NCBI GenBank assembly: GCA_963763805.1
Contig: CAVXPQ010000001.1
Span: 30,911 to 94,910 of the forward strand
Direction of reading: 5' to 3'
DNA: 64,000 nt
Source of the DNA: an uncultured Actinomycetota bacterium
Lineage (GTDB): Bacteria; Actinomycetota; Actinomycetes; Propionibacteriales; Nocardioidaceae
The translations under genes and the position numbers were made by a program. Below the pieces are notes generated by a model, which was given only the letters and a program-made list of their open reading frames with translations, made no database searches and was not told the origin of the DNA. Position 1 is the first letter of the stretch, and each line of letters starts with the position of its first letter. Positions 56,784 through 64,000 of this stretch are shown here, piece after piece.

Positions 56784-57646
56784 ATGAGAGAGACCCGCCG
56801 AATCCTGCTCGACGGCAACCCCGTCGACGTCGTACGCCGTGACGAGACGCTGGTCGCGGGCGATGGCCGCGAGGTGGCTATCGCCGACGCGATCCACCTG
56901 CCACCGGTGACGCCGTCGAAGATCGTCTGCGTCCATCTCAACTACGTCAGTCGGGTCAGGGAGATGATGCAGACCCTTCCGGCCGCGCCGACGTACTTCC
57001 ATAAGCCGGTTTCTGCGCTCAACTCCCACGATGCCGCCGTGGTCCGCCCGGAACTCTGCAAGTGGCTCAACTACGAGGGCGAGATCGCGATCGTGATCGG
57101 CCGGACGTGCCGCAACATCGTCGCCGAGCCGAAGCCGGCGACTACATCCGCGGCTACACCGTGGCCAACGACTACGGACTGCACGACTTCCGCGAGACCG
57201 ACTCGGGCTCGATGCTCCGGGTCAAGGGCGCCGACACGCTGTGCCCGGTCGGGCCAGGCGTCGTCGAGGGCTGGGACTTCCGCGGCAAGCAGATCCGCAC
57301 GCTGGTCAACGGCGAGGTGAAGCAGGACGGCAACACCGACGAGATGGAGTGGGACATGCACTACCTCGTCGCCGACATCGCCCGCACCATCACACTGCAA
57401 CCGGGCGACTTGCTGCTCTCCGGCACTCCGGCGATCTCTCGGACGGTCTACCCCGGCGACATCGTCGAGGTGGAGGTCGAGGGCCTCGGCACCTTGCGCA
57501 ACCACATCGTCAGCGGGCCGACGCCGATCCGCACCGACGTCGGCGCCCAGCCGACCGAGACCGAAGAAGTGCTCTCCACCGCCCAAGGAGGCGATTGGGA
57601 GTTCCGCGGCATTCGTCCGCCGTTGCCACCCGGCAGTGAGGTCTGA
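56784..57646 (+). CDS. Fumarylacetoacetate hydrolase family protein (HpaG-like; frameshift)
   Basis: FHKP, NYEGEIAIVIG, YTVAND, TLQPGDLLLSGTP. Confidence 0.85.
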
Positions 57647-57653
57647 TCAATCC

Positions 57654-58387
57654 ATGACCCGTCCGCTCATCGCGATCCCATCGCGGTTCTCGACCAATGC
57701 CTCGGCGCTGCGAAATCGGGCCGAGGTCGGCTCTCACAACCTGCTCTCGGTCGTGTACGCCGCGGGCGGGGAGCCATTGTTGGTGCATCCCAGCGCTCCC
57801 GGTGGTGTGGTGACGGACGAGGAAGTCGCGGCTCGGCTCGCGTGGGCCGACGCCGTACTGCTTCCCGGTGGTGGAGACATGGCCGCCCATTGGGCGGGCC
57901 AGGACCGACACCCGAATCGCTCTACGACGTCGACGAGGAGCAGGACGCCTTCGACCTGGCTGTCGCGCGAGTGACGCTGGCCTCGGGTCGCCCGCTGCTG
58001 GCCGTCTGTCGCGGGCTCCAGGTCGTCAACGTGGCGCTCGGCGGGACGCTGATCCAGGACATGGACGGCGAGGACTCAGGGATCGGGCATCACCGCAATC
58101 ACGTGCACACCGTGACAGCGGCCCCGGGGACACGGACGAGTGAAATCGTGGGCGGATCGCTCGAGTCGTCCTGCTACCACCATCAGTGTCTGGCGACACT
58201 CGGCGAGGGACTGGTCGTGACGGCGCGATCCGAGGACGGCGTCATCGAGGCGGTCGAACTGCCGGCGGCGCCCGGATGGTTCCTCGGGATCCAGTGGCAT
58301 CCGGAGGACAACTGGGCCGAACAACCCCAGCAACTCGGCGTACTCACTGCGTTTGTGGACGCCGCCCGAGCCACCACCTCAGTCTGA
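57654..58387 (+). CDS. Gamma-glutamyl-amide hydrolase (PuuD/peptidase C26; frameshift)
   Basis: LLPGGGD, AVCRGLQ, HHQ, QWHPE. Confidence 0.88.
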
Positions 58388-58885
58388 GGAGCGTTCCTCG
58401 GCCGAGGTGACGATGGAGCGCAAGGAACTCGTCAGCGAAGCGAGATCATCAGTTGGTAGGTGCTCAACGAGCTCCGCCTCAGCCTTGTTGAACTCGGGGA
58501 ACAGTTCGGTCATCAACTTCTGACCCTCGTCGGTGAGCCGCAACTCAACCAGCCTGCGATCAACGGTGCTCGGCACCCGCTCGATCAGCCCGCGAGACAC
58601 CAGAGTGTTAGTCACGCCGGTCAGGGTTGCCTTGGAGATGCCCACGTTCTCGGCGACTCGGCGGGTCTCCATGCTGTCCCAGATCCACACCAACCAGAGC
58701 ACCAGGAAGCCGGTCCACGTCAGGTCGTGCTGGCGTAGGACCGAGTTGGTGAGGTGGCTGCGGGCAGCGTTCGCCGCGCGATAGAGACTGGACACCGCAT
58801 GCGCGGCCCGGAAGTCCATCGCGAGGTGACCCACGCGGGCGTTCATCGCCCGCTCGGTCTCCTCGAGAGTGTGCTGATCTGGCAT
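58379..58885 (-). CDS. MarR-family regulator
   Basis: SKATLTGV..L..RGLIER....DRR...RLT. Confidence 0.9.
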   Translation of the reverse strand: MPDQHTLEETERAMNARVGHLAMDFRAAHAVSSLYRAANAARSHLTNSVLRQHDLTWTGFLVLWLVWIWDSMETRRVAENVGISKATLTGVTNTLVSRGLIERVPSTVDRRLVELRLTDEGQKLMTELFPEFNKAEAELVEHLPTDDLASLTSSLRSIVTSAEERSSD

Positions 58886-58909
58886 GGGGCGACCCTACGT
58901 TCCCACCGG

Positions 58910-59704
58910 TCAGACCAGACGTTCGAGGGAGGTGCCGCCGTCCCAGACGACGCCGACCTGGCGGTAGTAGCCGCCGATGATCTCGTCGACCGACAGCCGG
59001 GATAGTTCCTCGGTGGGGGAGTCGTAGAGGTTGAGCTCGACGTCTCCCTTCCAGGACTGGCCGCCGGCAAACTCGGAGCCACCGGACGAGATCAACTCGG
59101 AGTAGGCGTCGCCGACGCCGGACATGTTGGGATACACGCGGTGGTGGGCCATCTTGTGGCCGTTCACGAACCCGTTGTGGTCGGATTCCTCGCGAAGAGT
59201 GAGTACGGCGTCCGCCAGCCGCCGATCCCCAGCTGCGAGCGTGGCGCCGAACATGCCACCTGGCGCGATGGCCGGCGACGCATGCGGGAAGGCGTGCGGC
59301 CGGGTCTGCCACATCTGGCCGAGCTTCTTGGGATAGCCCTGGTGCATCCCGCGGGCGATCGCGAAGTCCTTGTCCACCCAGATGTAGACGCAGCGCGAGA
59401 ACGTTTGGCCCTCGTAGGAACAGCGCACGACGACGAAGGCCTCTTTGTACTGCGAGCGCACGGGGTCAAGAAGTTCTTCACGTGACGACGAGCACGACTG
59501 CCAGTCGGCCCAGATGAAGGCAACGGCCCCGGGATCCTCAGGTGCGAGCTCGAGCGGAGCGGGGAGCAACTCGGCGACTCGGGCCGGGTCGGTGCGGTAT
59601 TCCACCGTCAACAAGTCGCCGGAGTAGAACCACGGTGGATTCGGAATGATGGCGGCTCGACCGGTGGCGGTTCGGGGGTAGAAGAACCCCTGCATCTGCG
59701 ACAT
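58910..59704 (-). CDS. Acetoacetate decarboxylase (ADC)-fold protein
   Basis: PPWFYSG, YRTDP, YKEA, RGMHQGYPKK (Schiff-base Lys). Confidence 0.82.
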   Translation of the reverse strand: MSQMQGFFYPRTATGRAAIIPNPPWFYSGDLLTVEYRTDPARVAELLPAPLELAPEDPGAVAFIWADWQSCSSSREELLDPVRSQYKEAFVVVRCSYEGQTFSRCVYIWVDKDFAIARGMHQGYPKKLGQMWQTRPHAFPHASPAIAPGGMFGATLAAGDRRLADAVLTLREESDHNGFVNGHKMAHHRVYPNMSGVGDAYSELISSGGSEFAGGQSWKGDVELNLYDSPTEELSRLSVDEIIGGYYRQVGVVWDGGTSLERLV

Positions 59705-59757
59705 GCTCGCTCCTAGTGGTCTCGACAAGCTCGACCGACGGATTGGTTCGGCGACTT

Positions 59758-59845
59758 CGTTAGGATCCGTACGATAGCGGGGAATTCGTCTCGCCGGAAC
59801 CTCTTGCCGAGGGTACTTGCGCTCGGTATTGTTCGGACCCAAACG
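59758..59845. promoter_or_regulatory. Two further copies of the 54296 operator
   Basis: CGTTAGGATCCGTACG (59758-59773) and TGTTCGGACCCAAACG (59830-59845). Confidence 0.7.
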
Positions 59846-59886
59846 ATTATCAGGTTGTTTGTTGTGTGATCGATGGGAGACGACGT

Positions 59887-61254
59887 ATGGCGAACTTCGA
59901 CACCTCTGGCCTTCAGCCAGCGGCAGACCAATTGGCGGCGGACGGCATCGACGTCGTACGACTTGGGTATGCCGACCTGATCGGCACGGATCGCGGCCGG
60001 GATCTCTTGGTCAGTCACCTTGCCCGCACGGCCGGCAGCGGGGTGGCCTTCTGTCGCTCGGTCTACGGCACGACTCCCCGCGGAGGGGTCGTCGACATGG
60101 AGGGTGGCCTGTCGGACGGGCTCCCGGACCTGGTGGCCTTCCCGGACGTGAGCACGCTGCAACACATCCCATGGGAGCCGGGGGTCGCCCACTGCATTGC
60201 CGATCTCTACAACCCCGACGGCAGCCACTCCCAGGAGAGCCCGCGGATGGTGCTCAAGAACGTGGTGGCGCAGTTTGCGGAGTTGGGGATGTCGCCGATC
60301 GTTGGCCCAGAGCTTGAGTTCTATGTCCTTGAAGAGGACGCGACCTCGCAGAGCGGTTGGAAGAGGTACGGCGAGGCCAGCGGCAACGTCTACGTCTCCG
60401 GCTACAAAGGCGATCCGGACAATCTGCTGCTGAAGTACATCCGCGAGTTGGGTGGCTATGGACTCGACGTCGTTGCCGGCAATCACGAATTCTGCGCCGG
60501 CCAGTTCGAGATCAACATGTGGCACGGAGAGGCCCTTCACGCGGCCGACCGTGCGCATCGGTTCAAGGGCGCCATCAAGGAGCTCGCTCGCCGCGAAGGA
60601 CGGATGGCAACCTTCATGCCCAAGCCGTTCAACGACGAGGGCGGTTCGGGCTACCACCTGCACTTCTCGACCTGGTCAATCGTCAGCCCGGGTCAAGAGA
60701 GTCAGCCGTTGTTCGACGACCCGACCTCGCCAAATGGCCTGTCCAAGATCGCCCATCACGCGATCGCCGGCATCCTCGCCCACGCCCCGGCCCTGGCGGC
60801 CATCTCGAACCCGACGATCAACTCCTACAAGCGATTCGGCCCCGACACGTTAGCGCCGTGGCTGATCGACTGGGGCTTGGACAACCGCAGCGCGATGGTG
60901 CGGATACCGCCGGAGCGCGGCAGCGCATCGCGACTTGAACTTCGCCTGGGTGACGCGAGCGCCAACTCCTATCTTGCGATCGCCGCGCTACTGGCGGGCG
61001 CCATTATCGGCATCCGTGACGAGTTGGAGCCGCCAGAGGCTCTCGTCGGTTATGGGTACGACGTTGCGAAGGCCGCCAAGTTGCCCACGAGCCTGGGTGA
61101 GGCGCTCGATGCGCTGGAAGCGGACCACGCCATCGCCGACGTTCTCGGCAAGCCCTTCGTGAACGCCTTCACGGCGTACAAGCGGGACGAGATCGACCGC
61201 TTCAATCACTGGATCACCGACTGGGAATTCGCCGAGTACACCTATCACATTTAG
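59887..61254 (+). CDS. Glutamine synthetase-like gamma-glutamyl ligase
   Basis: GPELEFY, HEFCAGQFEIN, TFMPKP, GSGYHLHFS, WGLDNRS; divergent N-terminus. Confidence 0.85.
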   Translation: MANFDTSGLQPAADQLAADGIDVVRLGYADLIGTDRGRDLLVSHLARTAGSGVAFCRSVYGTTPRGGVVDMEGGLSDGLPDLVAFPDVSTLQHIPWEPGVAHCIADLYNPDGSHSQESPRMVLKNVVAQFAELGMSPIVGPELEFYVLEEDATSQSGWKRYGEASGNVYVSGYKGDPDNLLLKYIRELGGYGLDVVAGNHEFCAGQFEINMWHGEALHAADRAHRFKGAIKELARREGRMATFMPKPFNDEGGSGYHLHFSTWSIVSPGQESQPLFDDPTSPNGLSKIAHHAIAGILAHAPALAAISNPTINSYKRFGPDTLAPWLIDWGLDNRSAMVRIPPERGSASRLELRLGDASANSYLAIAALLAGAIIGIRDELEPPEALVGYGYDVAKAAKLPTSLGEALDALEADHAIADVLGKPFVNAFTAYKRDEIDRFNHWITDWEFAEYTYHI

Positions 61255-61294
61255 GGCCACTTCTAGTCCAACCGCCTTCCATGAAAGGGCTGAC

Positions 61295-62588
61295 ATGCCA
61301 CGCCACGCTCCGGTCGCACTCGCGGACGTAGACCTCAACGACATTGATGGCTTCGCCAACGGTCGGGGCTTTGCCCAGTTGGACACGTTGCGTGCCGAGT
61401 CACCCGTGCATTGGAACCCGGAGCCCGCGCCAAACGCCGGCTTCTGGGCAGTGACGCGGTACGCCGACATCTGGGAGGTCGACAAGGACAGCGAGACCTT
61501 CACCTCGACCAAGTTCGTCAACATCGAAGAGGTCGACGACGACCTGATGGACGCCCGTCGCTCCATGCTGGAGACCGACGGGGTCCGGCATCAGGCGTTG
61601 CGCCGGTTGGTCCAGCGTGAGTTCACGCCGCGCAACCTGATGAAGAACTACGAGGCCTTCCTGCGGGAGTTGACCCTCGAGACCATCGCGAACGCCTTCG
61701 CCGCTCGCGATGAGAACGGCGAGATCGACTTCGTCGAGTCGATCAGCGCGGACTTCCCGATCCAGGTGCTCGCCCGACTCCTCGACGTACCCCGTGAGCA
61801 CACCGGCCAGCTGATCGCCTGGGGCAACGAGTTCGTCGCGAACACCGATCCCGGACTACGCGAAGGTGCGGGCGGATCTGGCGGAGAGCGACAAGTACAA
61901 GCACCTGCCGTTCCGCTCACCCACTGTGCTCGATGTGTGGGATTACGGCACCAACCTGCGTGACCAGCGGGTCGGCGGCGATGGCACTGACCTGATCTCG
62001 ATCCTGGCCAACAAGATGCCCGAGGACGGCGTACCCCTGTCGCAGGAGGACTTCAACAACTACTTCACGCTGCTGGTCATCGCCGGCAACGAGACGACCC
62101 GGCACTCGATCTAGAACATCATGTTGGGTCTGATCGAGCAGCGCGAGCAGCTGCAGCGGCTCCAGGACGATCCGTCGCTGATCCCCGGCGCGATCGAGGA
62201 GTTCCTGCGGTGGGCCTCGCCGGTCTACCACTTCCGGCGTACGGCGACCCGCGACACGGTGCTGGGTGGCAAGGAGATCAAGGAGGGCGACAAGGTCGTG
62301 ATGTGGTTCGCCTCCGGCAACCGCGACGACGAGGTCTTCCCCGATCCCTACACGCTGGACGTCACCCGTGCGAACGTCGACCACATGACCTTCGGCAAGG
62401 GCAGTCCCCACCTCTGCCTGGGCAACAACCTGGCCCGGATGGAGATCCGGTTGATGTTCGAGGAGCTGATTCCGCGCCTCGCCGACATCGAACTAGCCGG
62501 CCCTGGAGAAGGTGGCGGGGTACGCCGCGTCCGCAGCAACTTCGTCAACGGCATCAAGGCTTTCCCGGTCAAAATCACCCCCGCTTGA
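61295..62588 (+). CDS. Cytochrome P450 (frameshift near 61860 and in-frame TAG at 62112; probable errors)
   Basis: AGNETT, EEFLR, FGKGSPHLCLG. Confidence 0.88.
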
Positions 62589-62654
62589 GCCGCTGGCGGG
62601 AGTGCTTGACACCTATTTCGACGCCGTAGAGGTGTTAATCGCTCCCGCCAGGGC

Positions 62655-63692
62655 TCAAGACGTGAGTTCGTCGGCGACCATGCGTTCCATGATCTTGCGG
62701 ACCTGGCTGCCGGCCGCGTCGGCGGCAAGCTGGACCTCGGGGGCGTCTCCGTCGGTGTCGAGGACCTCCTGCATCGTCGCCAGGGCGGCGGCGACGCGGG
62801 CGTAGTACCTCTCGAACATCGGGGCCAGGGTGCCTTGAGCGGCGACGCCCGGCGCGAAGTTCCGGCTCACTCGCCACAGGTGTCGAGTGCTGGTCGCCGT
62901 GATCGGGCTCAGGGCGTGGGTGAAGATGAAGGAATGCTCGCCGTCATCGGTGATGACAGTCCAGCGATCGACCCAGAGGCCGGGGGAGTGGAACTCTCCC
63001 TCTTCGATGTGGTTGTGCTTCGCGTCGACGGGCAGGTCAAGCAGTTCGGCGTGCCAGGTCGCCACCGGTGCTGGCGGGAACTCCCTCTTGAACGCGACGG
63101 TGGTCTCGCTGACCCGGACCTGGAGCGGAGGGGTCCCTGCAGCCAACGCCGGCGGTGCGATCTCAGGATCGACCAACGCCACATGGGTGATGTCGGCAAA
63201 GTTGTCGTGGTGCAGGCGCAACGAAGCGGCCGTGTCGAGCGATCCGCCGAACGCGTGCCAGCCGGCATCCTGCAGCCACGGCGTGGTCGGTGCCGGTCGC
63301 AGGGCAGCCACGCTCGCCTCTCCACGCCAGACCCACACGAAACTGCCATCGTCGTGCACGGGGAAGGCTCGCACGCGAGCACCGATTGGCACATGACTCT
63401 GGGTGGGTACGCCGACACAGCGACCGTCCGGCGCATAGCGGAATCCGGTGTACGCCGCAATGATGTCGTCGCCTTCCAGGTGACCACCGCTCAGCGGAAC
63501 CGGGCGATGCGCGCAACGATCAGCGAGCGCTACGGCAGCACCAGCGGTAGTCCGATAGAGAGCGATGCGCTGACCCAAGACGGTCCGCGACAATGGCCGC
63601 CGACCCACCTCCTCCGAGGCGGCAGCGACATACCAGGCATTTTTCGGCGAATCGTGAGGCGAGACCCGCACCTTGCCGTCCTTCCCGCTCAT
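62655..63692 (-). CDS. VanA-like Rieske oxygenase subunit with degenerate metal ligands
   Basis: NAWYVAA, DRCAHR...IAAYTGFRY, DNFADITH. Confidence 0.75.
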   Translation of the reverse strand: MSGKDGKVRVSPHDSPKNAWYVAAASEEVGRRPLSRTVLGQRIALYRTTAGAAVALADRCAHRPVPLSGGHLEGDDIIAAYTGFRYAPDGRCVGVPTQSHVPIGARVRAFPVHDDGSFVWVWRGEASVAALRPAPTTPWLQDAGWHAFGGSLDTAASLRLHHDNFADITHVALVDPEIAPPALAAGTPPLQVRVSETTVAFKREFPPAPVATWHAELLDLPVDAKHNHIEEGEFHSPGLWVDRWTVITDDGEHSFIFTHALSPITATSTRHLWRVSRNFAPGVAAQGTLAPMFERYYARVAAALATMQEVLDTDGDAPEVQLAADAAGSQVRKIMERMVADELTS

Positions 63693-64000
63693 GCGTCCAC
63701 CACCAATCGTGGGGTCAAGGATCTGGAGACGCACACCATCAGGCAATCGTTCTCGGCCTGCTCGTCCTCGTCCAGCACCGAGTCGCGGTGGTCGACCTCG
63801 CCTTCGAGGACTCCCGTCTCGCACGTGCCGCAGATGCCTTCAAGGCACGATCCCAACACAGGAGCGCCCATCCGACGCATCGCATCGAAGACCGACTCGT
63901 CGGCCCCCACCTGAACAGAAACACCCGACCTAGCCAGCACCAGTTCGAAGGTGCCGTCCTCGCCCGTGTCTTCGCGTGGTTTGGCGGAGAAGCGTTCGAG
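63689..64000 (-). CDS. PDR/VanB-family reductase, C-terminal [2Fe-2S] domain (partial)
   Basis: ERF, SCLEGICGTCET, DHRD, CVSRS. Confidence 0.88.
   Translation of the reverse strand, partial: LERFSAKPREDTGEDGTFELVLARSGVSVQVGADESVFDAMRRMGAPVLGSCLEGICGTCETGVLEGEVDHRDSVLDEDEQAENDCLMVCVSRSLTPRLVVDA

Noticed and set aside
62112-62114. In-frame TAG in the P450 as recoding (pyrrolysine/readthrough)
   Set aside because: One base from TCG (Ser), no pyl genes seen, and the sequence is error-rich

Overview
High-GC actinobacterial chromosome segment (gene content resembles Nocardioides/Propionibacteriales; this is inference). Many genes, including housekeeping ones, are split by single-base indels, which is best explained by long-read consensus error. 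Left to right: (1) a glyoxylate-shunt locus (RamB-type regulator, aceA, aceB); (2) a patch of accessory and decayed genes; (3) an ~8 kb sulfide/persulfide oxidation cluster (SQR, MBL-rhodanese, rhodanese, TauE, TusE, DsrE, CsoR-like regulator, ECF sigma with fused zinc finger, and a 53-aa Cys-rich protein missed by the ORF track); (4) MerR/aldo-keto reductase and gabD; (5) core genes pmt-rsmI-tatD-rpfB-rsmA-ispE-ABC-F-tamR and miaB-miaA-dapF-hflX with small insertions, including a DUF559 nuclease gene ending inside a dispersed ~91-bp inverted-repeat element; (6) a large amine/aromatic catabolic region: GcvT-type oxidase, APC and Pot-type ABC transporters, FadR plus stand-alone Cache domain, homoprotocatechuate-type ring-cleavage genes, gamma-glutamyl ligase and hydrolase, ADC-fold protein, P450, and a Rieske protein lacking several metal ligands. 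Part of region 6 shares a 16-bp operator. No rRNA, tRNA, CRISPR array or transposase/integrase was recognised.
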